Source: an uncultured Acidobacteriota bacterium
GTDB lineage: Bacteria; Acidobacteriota; Blastocatellia; RBC074
NCBI GenBank assembly: GCA_963796275.1
Contig: CAWCKY010000001.1
Location: forward strand, 32,001-96,000
Reading direction: 5' to 3'
Length of the DNA stretch: 64,000 bases
Shown: positions 52,633 through 63,262 of the stretch, one piece after another
Layout of the letters: each line of letters starts with the position of its first letter
Numbering within the stretch: position 1 is the stretch's first letter
Notes under the pieces: generated by a model
What the model saw: only the letters and a program-made list of their open reading frames with translations
Database searches by the model: none
Told to the model about the DNA's origin: nothing
Position numbers and translations under genes: made by a program

Positions 52633-53523
52633 ATGAAAAATTTCGCTAATCGATCTCAATTATGTAGGAGAACTCTCAGGAAGGGAATCGGGATTATGTT
52701 CTTCCTAATGGCAGTTGCGTTGGTTCCAACCAGCGCGGCTTACGCTCAGTGTTCGATAACATTCGGTCGCGGCGGCGCATCGACAACCTTTACCGGGAGC
52801 ACTACGAACGCAGGAGGCCCCTGGGACTTCATCCGATCAACGAGTGGGATGTGTACGTTCGAGGTATTTAACCAGACAAACTTTCAAGGTCAGTGGAGGC
52901 TTTACGGTACGGGAATAAATGAACGTATTCGAATAGGTGCGGACGGCGCACAGGATAGTAACGGCTGGCGCGCGCGATCAGTACGCATCACCCAAAGGAA
53001 TGAGTCGTCCTGCCAAATCGCTCTTGGCGACGCCGGCATTACCCAGACCTTTTTCGGACCAGTAGATCTATCCGGCATCTCCGGTTGGGCATTTATCCGA
53101 TCAACAAACGGCCGCTGCGTCTTTCAGGTCTATAACGGGAATAATCTCTCAGAGCCCAGTGTTACTTATGGAAGTAATATTAACGCGAGGATTCGGGCCG
53201 GGGCCACAGGCGGGCAGGACAACGGTGGCTGGCGCATTCGATCATTAAGCATTCGAAATGCTAGTGCAGGTACATGCTCCATCACTCTCGGTGATAATGA
53301 CAAATCACAGACCTTCTTTGGCCCTGACCGTGTCTCCAACATATCGGATTGGAGCTTTATTCGGGCATCTACCGGAGGATGCCGCGTCATAGTCTTTGAC
53401 GGGAAAAACTTCGATGGCAGGCAAGCTCCATACGAGCAGGCGATAGGCCCTCAGATTCGAGTGGGATTCAGGATAGGCTCTCTCATTATCCAACCCACAC
53501 GTATCCAACCACCTCTTAACTGA
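52633..53523 (+). CDS. Secreted protein with three beta/gamma-crystallin-like repeats
   Basis: Signal peptide ending AYA-Q; three repeats C.I..G..TF.G..W.FIRS...C...VF...NF.G..RI.S. Confidence 0.75.
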   Translation: MKNFANRSQLCRRTLRKGIGIMFFLMAVALVPTSAAYAQCSITFGRGGASTTFTGSTTNAGGPWDFIRSTSGMCTFEVFNQTNFQGQWRLYGTGINERIRIGADGAQDSNGWRARSVRITQRNESSCQIALGDAGITQTFFGPVDLSGISGWAFIRSTNGRCVFQVYNGNNLSEPSVTYGSNINARIRAGATGGQDNGGWRIRSLSIRNASAGTCSITLGDNDKSQTFFGPDRVSNISDWSFIRASTGGCRVIVFDGKNFDGRQAPYEQAIGPQIRVGFRIGSLIIQPTRIQPPLN

Positions 53524-53927
53524 TGACTATAAACTAGGGTTAACAATTATATAACAATATAGGTCGCCCCTCTGATGTGGAACATTGAGATTTTAAATCC
53601 AATCCTTTCCAATTGGAGAAGGCGACCTCGCGATGCCGAGCGCAGTTAACATATCTACTGATCGCAGGCGAGGATCAGGAAGCGGATGCGTCTTACTTCA
53701 CAGGCCGGATCCCTGCATTTATTCGCACGAGTATCTGAAAGGCTAGGTCTCGCTGTGATCTGGGGCAATCCCGACATCGTACATCACACTTGAAAAACTT
53801 CGAAAGCCCCTCATTGATATAGTCCGACCTCTTTCCACATCGTTTTCAATCTGCGCATCCCAAGGGGGCATCCTTTCCGAGTATATGTATGTGTATGGGT
53901 GAGATATATGACTTTAATATATCTAGA

Positions 53928-53955
53928 GCGTCTAATAATGTATCTTATGTAACTG
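53928..53955 (+). other. XerCD dif-like site 3
   Basis: GCGTCTAATAA-TGTATC-TTATGTAACTG. Confidence 0.75.
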
Positions 53956-53996
53956 GTGTATTGAACTTAGATAGTCTCTATGCCTACGAATCATTG

Positions 53997-54140
53997 CTAC
54001 AGCCGAGAGATCAGGGATACTCTGAGCGGCATGGGCAGAAGGAGAGGGTAATATGGCCGCAAGACCACGAGACACTCCCTCACCCAAACAAATTAAAGAC
54101 GCGATGAGACAGGTATCAGATGACGACCTACTCTATGAAG
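53997..54140 (+). pseudogene. Third remnant of the 6992/7737 gene-pair junction
   Basis: MAARPRDTPSPKQIKDA is identical to the start of the 7737 gene. Confidence 0.9.
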
Positions 54141-54226
54141 CTATCTCGTCTGACCATTACCATGCCGGCGTCCGATGTGGCTTGTCTCCACCGACTCTAC
54201 GCCGATTTCCTGCGAGGCACAGAGCA

Positions 54227-54575
54227 ATGATCCAACTTGTTCCGCAATTGCGGATTATGCTGGCCTGCCAGCCGATCGATTTCCGCAAGGGTATCGACGG
54301 TCTGGCGCTCTTTGCAAAAGGGAGTTACAAGAAGACCCTTTCTCCGGCACTCTCTTCGTCTTTCGCAATCGACGCGGCACCGCGCTCAAGCTGCTTGTCT
54401 ATGACGGCCTAGGCTTCTGGCTCGTTACGCGTAGATTTTCAGAGGGACGCATTCGCTGGTGGCCGAAAACTCAAGACGCCACACTACATCCCATCAGGCG
54501 CAGCAACTTTCCGTTCTTCTTTATAACGGCCTACCAGAGCAAGCTAGGTTTGCTCCTGCCTGGCGCAAACTTCCT
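54227..54575 (+). pseudogene. IS66 accessory protein (TnpB/Orf2), frameshifted
   Basis: PIDFRKGIDGL and DPFSGTLFVFRNRR..KLLVYDG.GFWL. Confidence 0.88.
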
Positions 54576-54930
54576 TCGTCTCTTCAAGCCGCTTCCGCTT
54601 CATTTTCCTTGTAGTTCCAGGGCAGATACAGGTGCGGGTTGCGTCGCGCATCTGATTTATTGCGAATGATACTCACTAGGTAGTCCCAGGCATTGACTCC
54701 ATTCAAGCGGCAGGTCTGGATCAAGGCATTGGATTGTGAAGATTCTTTCCGTTGCTACGCGCTTTTTTCTTAAATATGATGTTGCTTTCCCGAAAAGGAC
54801 ACAGCGATTCAATGACAGCAGCGATATGAGAGGACGGCGCCTCACCGAGTCGCCGCTCGCCCACGTGAAAGAGCGGTCAGAGGACGCGACTGCTTACAAA
54901 ATAAACCTTAGCCATAGAAAGGAGCCAGGT

Positions 54931-56082
54931 ATGGGTTGGAGATTTCGACAGAGCTTTAAAGTATTTCCGGGTGTCAGGCTTAATCTGTCAGGCCGCGGCC
55001 TCAGCGCGACCATCGGAAACGGCTCAGCGAGCGTCAACATCAGTTCGCGCGGCGCAGACGCCAAACTGAATATTCCAGGGACCGGCCTATCCTACCGCCA
55101 GAAAATTTCAGGAGGCGCAGGCAGCGCTTCTCAGTCACTCGAATGCTATCAATTCTCGCCGACCGTTCCGGGAGAAGACAGCGCTAAAGAAGAGATCAAG
55201 AGCGCCAGTACTCACGAATTGACCAGCGAAGGACTTCAAGGACTTCGTCAGTTGCTCAACGATGTGGATCGGGAGCAACAGCGCCTGGACGCCGAACTCT
55301 TCACTGCAAGGCAAGATTGGGAAAAGAAATCTCGCGCCTATGAGCGATGGAAAAAGGGGGTTCTGTTTAAACACATCTGGAAGGACCGTTTTATCACGAG
55401 GGAGCAAGAGTCGCAGGAGGCGCACGCCAGGCTCGACGAACTGGGAGAGCAGAGACGGCTAACCTTCGTGGCCACCAATATTGAAATAAGCGATGATGTA
55501 AGGCCTGCCTTTGGGCGACTACACGACGCATTCTCCAGGTTGGCCGAATCACAAGCCATCTGGGACACCCTAACGACACAGCGAGTTGATAGAATCCGCG
55601 AGCGTACAGAAGCCAGCAACAGCATAGAGAGAACCCTGGTGAGATTTAGTCTAGGCCAGAGCGGTCTTGTTCAATGCGAGTGGAAGGTGCCCTGCTTCGG
55701 CAATGCAAACGGCGGCGATATGTATCTCTATCCGGGCTTTATTCTCTACAGAGCATCGCGCAAAGCCTTCGCGGTGATTGAATGCCGCGAGACCGAAATT
55801 GCCTTCGAGCCTGTCAACTTCATTGAGGAGAGTCAGGTTCCACCCGATGCTCGGATTATTGGACAGACTTGGAAATACTCGAACAAGAACGGCGGCCCCG
55901 ACCGGAGATTTAATAATAACTATCAAATTCCGATCGCGCTTTATGGGCAGATAACGCTGAAAAGCCCCACTGGACTAAACGAACAATACTTAATTAGTGA
56001 CTGCCGCGCGGCGGAAGAGTTTGTTAGGGCCTGGCAGGGATTCCGAACCGCGATTTCAACCGCAAACACTAAACCGATATGA
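54931..56082 (+). CDS. DUF4236 domain protein
   Basis: MGWRFRQSFKVFPGVRLNLS..IPGTGLSY; C-terminal W.Y.NKNGGPDRRF..N. Confidence 0.88.
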   Translation: MGWRFRQSFKVFPGVRLNLSGRGLSATIGNGSASVNISSRGADAKLNIPGTGLSYRQKISGGAGSASQSLECYQFSPTVPGEDSAKEEIKSASTHELTSEGLQGLRQLLNDVDREQQRLDAELFTARQDWEKKSRAYERWKKGVLFKHIWKDRFITREQESQEAHARLDELGEQRRLTFVATNIEISDDVRPAFGRLHDAFSRLAESQAIWDTLTTQRVDRIRERTEASNSIERTLVRFSLGQSGLVQCEWKVPCFGNANGGDMYLYPGFILYRASRKAFAVIECRETEIAFEPVNFIEESQVPPDARIIGQTWKYSNKNGGPDRRFNNNYQIPIALYGQITLKSPTGLNEQYLISDCRAAEEFVRAWQGFRTAISTANTKPI

Positions 56083-56479
56083 ACCATGAATCGGCATCGC
56101 TCGACGAGGCTTTCCAATGAAGTGGGGGAAAAAAACGTTTTTATCAGCTTTACCTATGAAAATAATCGGTTCGTATTCCTTCGGTTGGCCGCTTTACCGA
56201 AAGGACACTGAACTTGAAAGTGCTAATTGCCCCCTAAAGGTATAGCTCTCTCCGGAGCTATAGAGACGCGACCTGCCACGGATGCGTAGGCATTATATGT
56301 CGCTGTCTCATTGCGTAGGTTAGGTCTTCTGCATATGGCCGAGTTGCTTGACCAATATACCCTCCTCCTGCGCCAGCAAGAGCATCAATACATATGCTGG
56401 ATATGCTAAGTGCTTTCGTTTGGTCGTTTTTTTCGGCTGCTATGGCGCTGTGGAAGTTAGGCGGTGGCGATAAAACCTT

Positions 56480-56850
56480 TTATCCATTCGCGGATTTCAT
56501 CCCGCACGCGGCGAAAGATTGAGAGGGTCTCTTCAGCGCTCTTTGCGCTGGGCGCGGCGGGTCTTCAAAACCTTGGTGGATGCGACGGGCCTTGCCGGGA
56601 AACACCGGACAAGCCTCTTTCGCGTTGTCGCAGACGGTAATGATGTAATCGAAGTCCTGGCCCAAAAACTCATCCACCGACTTCGACCGATGACCGGAGA
56701 TGTCAATGCCGATCTCCAGCATCGCCCGGATAGCTTCCGACCGTACGGCGCCGGGGTTGACGCCAGCGCTCTCCGCTTCGAAGGCTCCTTTGCCGTCGTG
56801 CCGGAGAATTCCCTCGGCCATCTGACTCCGGGCTGAGTTGCCGGTGCTTC
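56480..56850 (-). pseudogene. arsC: Arsenate reductase (LMW-PTP type); P-loop Cys region deleted and frameshifted
   Basis: TGNSARSQMAEG, ITVCDNAKEACPVFPG. Confidence 0.85.
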
Positions 56851-57609
56851 TTACTTATGTTGACGCGCATGCTGTTCCTCCTTGCGCCCCCGTCCCTCAT
56901 CGTGCGAGACGACGAGAGTCGGTTCGTCCTTGGAGATTGACGGGGCAAGCCACCGAAAGAGCGCCGTGGCCGCTACGGCGCCGACAACTTGGGCGGCGAT
57001 AAAGCCAGTCGCATCTGAGGGGCGAATGCCCGCGAAAGTATCGCTCGCGGCCCTGGCCAGCGTCACGGCCGGGTTCGCAAATGATGTTGAGGACGTGAAC
57101 CAATAGGCGGCGGTGATGTATGCGCCGACCGCAAATGGCGTGGCATGCGGGCGCCATCGTGAACAGCCCCGGATGACGGCCAGCAGGCCGAACGTGGCGA
57201 TGAACTCGCTGAAGATCTGCGCGCCGCCGCCGCGCACGCGCCTCGACGCGGAGAAGAGCGGTTCACTAAACATCAGGTGAGCCGCCGCCACTCCGGCAAA
57301 GGCACCTATGACTTGAGCCACGACGTAGGGTGGCGCTTCACGCCACCGGAGTCCACCCTGCGAGGCATCGGCCAAAGTCACGGCGGGGTTAAAGTGGGCT
57401 CCAGACATCGGACCGAAAGTGAGGATCAGGGCCACAAGCCCCGCACCCGTCGCAAGCGTATTGGCCAGAAGGGCGACGGCGCCATTACCGCCTGCGAGCC
57501 GCTCGCCCATAATGCCCGAGCCCACGACGGTGGCGAGGAGTAAGGCCGTCCCGATCGCCTCTGCTGTGACGCGCCGCGCGAGATTCATTCTTCCGCCGTC
57601 GAAATTCAC
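56851..57609 (-). CDS. MIP/aquaporin channel of an arsenic operon
   Basis: SGAHFNPAVT and SFANPAVT; lies between arsM and arsC. Confidence 0.92.
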   Translation of the reverse strand: MNFDGGRMNLARRVTAEAIGTALLLATVVGSGIMGERLAGGNGAVALLANTLATGAGLVALILTFGPMSGAHFNPAVTLADASQGGLRWREAPPYVVAQVIGAFAGVAAAHLMFSEPLFSASRRVRGGGAQIFSEFIATFGLLAVIRGCSRWRPHATPFAVGAYITAAYWFTSSTSFANPAVTLARAASDTFAGIRPSDATGFIAAQVVGAVAATALFRWLAPSISKDEPTLVVSHDEGRGRKEEQHARQHK

Positions 57610-58494
57610 CTTGTTTTCACGGCGAAGACTTTAACGCTCGCCGCGTATTCGTTGACGTCATAGCGGGCGAGTAAGTCTGTCAAACCGCCATGTATATCTC
57701 CATCCACGCCGCCGCCGCAACAGGGACTCGCGTTCACCACGGGAGATTTTGAGCGCCTGGTTTTGAGGTTTCACTCATTGCCGGGGAGCAGCAGCTGGAT
57801 TGATTCTCGACTTTCGCGTAAGTGTTGAGATCGGCGCCCGAGTCAACGATCATCACATCACTGAAACCAGCCTCGACTAATCCCTGACGATACTCCTCCC
57901 CGGCGATGCAGCCGACATAGGCAAACACATCGCCAAGGACCTCCGGAGGGAGTGGGCGATTGAGCGCGATGTCGCTAACCGCCAGCCGCCCGCCCGGCTT
58001 GAGCACGCGGGCGATCTCACGAAAGACCGCTTTCTTGTCCGGGGCGAGGTTGATCACGCAGTTGCTGATTACACAGTCCACGGCCCCGTCTCCGAACGGC
58101 AGATCGTCTATAGTCGCCAGGTGAAACTCGACGTTCTTCCCCCCGCCTTCAAGTTTCGCGGCGTTACGCCGCGCAAGCTCGATCATCTTCGGCGTCATAT
58201 CGATACCGATCGCCCGGCCTGACGGACCGACTTTGGCCGCTGCGAGAAAGACATCCAGGCCGCCGCCGGAGCCGAGGTCAACCACCGTCTCACCTTCACG
58301 GAGGCGCGCCATGGCGGTGGGGTTTGCCGCAGGAAAGCCCCATGTTCGGCCTCCGCCGGGATCGAAGCCAGCTCTTCAGGCGTGTAACCGAACGCTTCGG
58401 CCACAGCCCGCACGCCATCGTGTCCACTCGACAATCCGCTCACTGCGATCGCGTCGTATCTCGACCGCACCTCGTTAATGATCATTTCAGACAT
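57606..58494 (-). pseudogene. arsM: Arsenite methyltransferase, multiply frameshifted
   Basis: [24 protein letters not shown]; N- and C-termini lie in other frames. Confidence 0.85.
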
Positions 58495-58585
58495 AGAACC
58501 CTTCTTCCGGCTACGCATGGCTTAGCGCGATAACGATTATGAATACATTCACTGACGCGAATATATGGAGTGTATATCCGAGCTA

Positions 58586-58612
58586 ACATATATGTCAAAA
58601 CACATATGTGCT
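58586..58612. promoter_or_regulatory. ArsR-type operator-like inverted repeat
   Basis: ACATAT..N..ATATGT symmetry upstream of arsM; no intact arsR is visible. Confidence 0.4.
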
Positions 58613-58802
58613 GATATGTTTTTAAAATCATTTTCTATGAGTAAGCCGCCAAAATTCGACATGGAGGAGATGCGGGGCGATCGGGCGAATGCTTGTTAAA
58701 TTCTGCTGCACGCCTTCCGCCCTTGTCCAACTACATGAGGCGCCAGCGCGTTGACACGAGGCGATTCTGGACTTACAAAAGGCGGGCAGTTTACAATCAC
58801 TC

Positions 58803-59246
58803 GTGATGCGCTTTGACCGGCAGGTTACAAAAAAGATGGTTCGACTTCATTTCTCCATCTTCATCTTACTGTGGTGGGGCGGGCTGAATTGTCTATCCGG
58901 TTGCCTGGTTCCGTCGGCTGGCGCTAACGGCGAAAGCCATTGTTCGATGAGTAGTGAGGGCGGCGACTGTTGCCAGACTCAGGCGGGTGGCAAAAAATCG
59001 CTCTTACCGAAGTCAATTGGAGCGCATCCCGCTTCTATACAATCTCTTTCGTGCTGTTCTCTCCTATCGCTTTCGGGGGATGTAAGTCGTGACGTGCGAG
59101 CCGCAGACGGCGCTGCCAGTTCGGCGATATTGAGTCGACTAGGATTCACTCCTGAAAGCGAGGCTAAAGTCCAACTTCCTGACCGTTGGGCGCGCCTCCC
59201 TGACCGCGGAGGAACTCACCTTCTTCACTGTGTCTTCCTGATTTAG
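58803..59246 (+). CDS. Cys/His-rich hypothetical protein of a metal-resistance locus
   Basis: Signal/TM segment, CC pairs, C-terminal THLLHCVFLI. Confidence 0.7.
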   Translation: MMRFDRQVTKKMVRLHFSIFILLWWGGLNCLSGCLVPSAGANGESHCSMSSEGGDCCQTQAGGKKSLLPKSIGAHPASIQSLSCCSLLSLSGDVSRDVRAADGAASSAILSRLGFTPESEAKVQLPDRWARLPDRGGTHLLHCVFLI

Positions 59247-59333
59247 AAAAAAGCTTGCACTACGAGTTCTTGTCAGCGCCAGTGCTTATCACTGGTCTAT
59301 GGGTAAACTTTATCTTGAATAGGAGATACAACA

Positions 59334-59510
59334 ATGAAATCCGTTAAAACATTCGTCATCGCTGTAGCGCTTGGGTTAGCCGGCGTCGTTTACGTTGCTG
59401 GTGGTTCACAGGCTTCAACGCAGTCTTACGGTCTAAAAGCGGACTGCTGTGTCGCCGGCGCGAATTGCTGCACAGGCGAAGCGTGCTGCGTGACTCACGA
59501 ATCAAAGTGA
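59334..59510 (+). CDS. 58-aa secreted peptide with three Cys-Cys pairs (not in the ORF track)
   Basis: AGGAG RBS; MKSVKTFVIAVALGLAGVVYVAGGSQASTQSYGLKADCCVAGANCCTGEACCVTHESK. Confidence 0.75.
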   Translation: MKSVKTFVIAVALGLAGVVYVAGGSQASTQSYGLKADCCVAGANCCTGEACCVTHESK

Positions 59511-59602
59511 GCCAACTACTGTTCGAGAGGGCGGAGGCGGCTTCGTTCGCGGCGCCCGCCCTCTCCGCGTTCAACGACATCACAACCCAAGGAGAATTCG
59601 CG

Positions 59603-60510
59603 ATGAAACAACTCGCCACTGCGGCGCTTTGCGCCGTCCTCTTGTCGCTCGTAAGCGCGGGCATCGGTCTTGCTCAGGTACAACGTGTGGAGATGAAAAT
59701 TGACGGTTACCTTTGTGGCAACTAAGTGTTCAACATTCAGAAGGCCGTGAGCCGTCTAAACTTCGCACCTAAACTCAACGAGATAGAAATCACAGACATC
59801 AAAAACGGCATTGGCGTGTTCACGCCGAAGGCCGAGAAACCCGTCTCCTTTGCGGCGCTCAAGGAGACGCTGAAAAAGGCCGGTTATACGCTCGCTTCCG
59901 CGAAAATTACGGTCAACGGAAAACTCGCGCGTGACGCCTCAGGATGGGCGCTATTGTCTGACACATCTGGTCAGCGCTTTGCTTTGGAGAGAGAGGGCGT
60001 TGAACTAGCCCTACCGGACGCCGCCCCGAACGCGCAAGTAGAAGTCACTGGGGATTGGAAGACGGCAGGCGAAGGGAAGGAAGTCATCTCTCCTTTGCCC
60101 GCAAAGAAGGCCGGGCGATCTCGCAATGAAAATGGAGATAACCCTGCCCAAACAGAATACGTCGATGTAACCTGCGGCGGTCCCATAGTGGCGGGACCGT
60201 TGCCGGTTGCTCCCATAAGGACGACGAGTCCAGGGCTGACGGTTTATCGCGGCGGCGCATTCACGCCTCGTTACATTTATGTGCGGCAACAATTCGGAGG
60301 GCTGAAAGTTGATCGTAATATTATGTTCTTGGACTTCTCCTACACTCCGAAGCCGAAGCTTCTGGTAGAGGCTGAAATCCCGTTCACGTGGATTTCATTC
60401 AAAGAAGGGGCGACATCCGGTCGCGACGAGGGTATAGGTAATATTATCATCTCGGGCAAGTATCGCTTCTTTCGGCAGGTCGAGGCGTGGGGGGACCGCC
60501 AGGTAGCGCT
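59603..60510 (+). pseudogene. HMA-like metal-binding protein fused to a beta-barrel/transporter-like region; in-frame stop at CxxX; 3'-truncated
   Basis: Signal peptide, VEMKIDGYLCGN*VFNIQKAV, LKKAGY; the frame continues after TAA 59723-59725. Confidence 0.75.
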
Positions 60511-60709
60511 GACGATCGGATCGGCGCAAAACGAGCGGCGTTGCGCAAATTCTTAGGGAGTGCGCGTTCCTGGATTGGTTACGCCGATGCTCTGCCGAGC
60601 GATGCGCAAAGGGGTATCAAGAGGAAGCGAGGAGAGGGTGATCACGCTCCTTATGACTTCCGAATGTTCTTCAAAAGAAGCCGTCATAATTGACTCGCGA
60701 ACACAAAAC

Positions 60710-62030
60710 GAGGGTTTCAGAAAAAGCGTGTAAATGGCCATAATGCCTGGAATAATTTCCGGGAAAAGGATCGATTATGGCTATCAGGAAAGAAATCCTC
60801 GATGAACTTTTGAAAGACTACCAAAAACCGGAAGACCTACTCGGACAAAGCGGTCTCCTCCAGCAGCTCTCCAAGGCCCTGATTGAACGGGTCCTGGACG
60901 GAGAGATGACTCATCATCTCGGTTACGAGAAGCACTCTCCGGAAGGAAGAAACTCCGGCAACTCCCGCAACGGCAAATCGCAAGACGCTCAAAGGCAAAC
61001 AAGGAGAGATTCCGATTGAGGTCCCGCGCGACCGCAACGGCGAGTTCGATCCGCAGTTCGTCAAGAAGCGACAGACTCGGTTCGATGGCTTCGACGACAA
61101 GATCATCTCGCTCTATGCGCGTGGAATGACCAGCAGCGAGATACAAGGGCATCTGGAGGAGATCTACGGTGTGGAGGTTTCGCCGGAATTGATCTCGAGT
61201 GTCACCGACGGCGTGATCGAGGAAGTGCGAGCCTGGCAGGGACGGCCGCTGGATAAGACCTACGTCATCCTCTACCTGGACGCGCTGGTGGTGAAGGTCA
61301 AGCAGGACGGGCGAATCTCAAATCGCTCAATCTATCTGGCGATCGGGGTCAATCAGCAAGGGCGTAAGGAGGTCCTGGGCTTTTGGGCGGCGGAGAACGA
61401 AGGCGCGAAGTTCTGGCTGAGCGTCGTGACCGAACTCAAAAATCGTGGAGTCCAGGACGTGTTGATCGCCTGCGTGGACGGACTGAAGGGCTTTCCCGAA
61501 GCGATCGAATCAGTCTTTCCGCAAGCGCAAGTGCAGCTGTGCATCGTTCATCTGCTGCGCAACTCTCTCGGATACGTCTCGTGGAAAGAGCGTAAGGCGG
61601 TGGCTGCGGCGCTAAAACCTGTGTACACGGCCGCTACGGCCGAGCAAGCTGAACAACAATTGACAGAATTCGAGGCGAAGTGGGGCGCCCGCTATCCGAT
61701 GATCGGGCGGAGTTGGCGCGGGAATTGGACGCGGGTGATCCCCTTCTTCCAATTCCCGGAAGAGATTCGGCGGGTAATTTACACGACCAACGTCGTGGAG
61801 TCGCTCAATTACAGCCTGCGGAAAATAATTAAAAACCGGAGTCTGTTCCCGAACGACGAGGCAGTCTTCAAGCTACTCTATCTGGCCTTGAAAAACATCG
61901 AGAAAAAATGGACGATGCCCATCAAGGATTGGAAGCGAGCGCTGCAACAATTCGCGATCATGTTCGAAGGTAGAATGCCGTTACCTTAAATTATCAACTG
62001 GGCCATTTACACAGAAAATCTGATACGCCC
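60710..62030 (+). mobile_element. IS256-family element; transposase frameshifted near 60980
   Basis: 30-bp imperfect TIRs sharing GTGTAAATGGCC; [35 protein letters not shown]. Confidence 0.92.
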
Positions 62031-62725
62031 GTCGTTTTGGGTGCGACAGTCTTCGGATTCTTTCGCATCTTTATATTTCGACATCTCATCACACCAGTAG
62101 TACCAGCCTCGTTTGAAACAGTTTACCCCGTTCTTTTGCAACACACGGCTGTCCGTCTTCATCAGCAACAAGGAGACCGTTTCTGGAGCAATATCGTAGC
62201 GCGTTCGATAAAGCCTGAAGTATTCCGCCTGCGGGACTATAGTCGCACCGCCCTCGAGACTTGTTCTCTCATGCGGAGTCTGATTAAAGTGGGCAATAAA
62301 TTGCGCGAGCTGTGCCTGATACTCTTCCCAACTGATCAATGGTGAGCCCGCACGGCGGCCTCGTTCATAAGCTTGCTGCTTCGAAAACATCTGCTTCAAC
62401 CGCTCCGGTCTTCCGGAATGCCGACTTGTCTTTGCATCAGTATCAACTCCAGACTGCCGGACGGCGTCATTGCCTGCTGATGTAGGGCGATGACCTGCAC
62501 ATTCCAATTGTGCGAGCGGTAATCCTTGCCCTGATCGGTATAGATATAAGAGTGAAAATTCTCTTCCGGCCGCGGCGGCTGCTGCGCCCCGAAATTCAAT
62601 ATGCCATCCGCATATGCTAGGCTGGCGGTCTCAGACGACGGTTTGCGGTCCAGATACCACCCCCATATGATGCTGGTTCGCAGGTCCTGCCAGACTGTCA
62701 TCCACGGTCGCCTGGCGCGGCCGAG
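62031..62725 (-). pseudogene. Mu/TnsB-like DDE transposase internal fragment
   Basis: RPWMTVWQDLRT..IWGW, YTDQGKDY, FNQTPH, VLQKNGV. Confidence 0.75.
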
Positions 62726-62729
62726 ACGG

Positions 62730-62993
62730 AACGCGCATAGTTCTTCCATTTTTTCTCGAAGACGGGAACGAAGCGTTGGACCCATCGCAAAACGGTGGTA
62801 TGCACGACCGTGACGCCGCGCTCCGCCATCAGATCGCACACGTCGTGATAACTCAGTTTGTAAGAGACATACCATCGCACGGCTTGAATGATCAGAAGAT
62901 GATTGAAATGGCGGCCTTTGAAGAGGGCGAGTCTCAGAAGGGAGTTGGGTCATGCTGACGATTATCCATAATTATCGGGTTTGCACCAGAACC
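62730..62993 (-). mobile_element. IS6-family left end with truncated transposase
   Basis: IR GGTTCTGGTGCAAA; VRWYVSYKLSY..MAERGVTVVHTTVLRWVQ. Confidence 0.85.
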
Positions 62994-63262
62994 TGTTAAT
63001 TTGCCCGTCTGTCAATCTTGGACGGAGTATTTGATATGGACAGGTCATTGAATCAGATAATGGAGTTGGAGAGATTATCCATGAGATTGCGCAAATTAAA
63101 CGTGGAGATCTCCGACCGGAAGAACTCGGTCTTCACGCGGCCATCTCGCCGACGCCCGAAAAAAAGCGCGAGTCGGAAGAGTCGCCTCAGATGAACTGGG
63201 TTTTTCGTCAAAACGAAAGGCTCTTCCGGCCCGCTCTGTTTAGCGATTCAGATGACTAGATC

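Noticed and set aside
54227-54575. IS66 'TnpB' as an RNA-guided nuclease
   Set aside because: The name is shared only; the IS66 accessory protein is unrelated to IS200/IS605/IS607 TnpB
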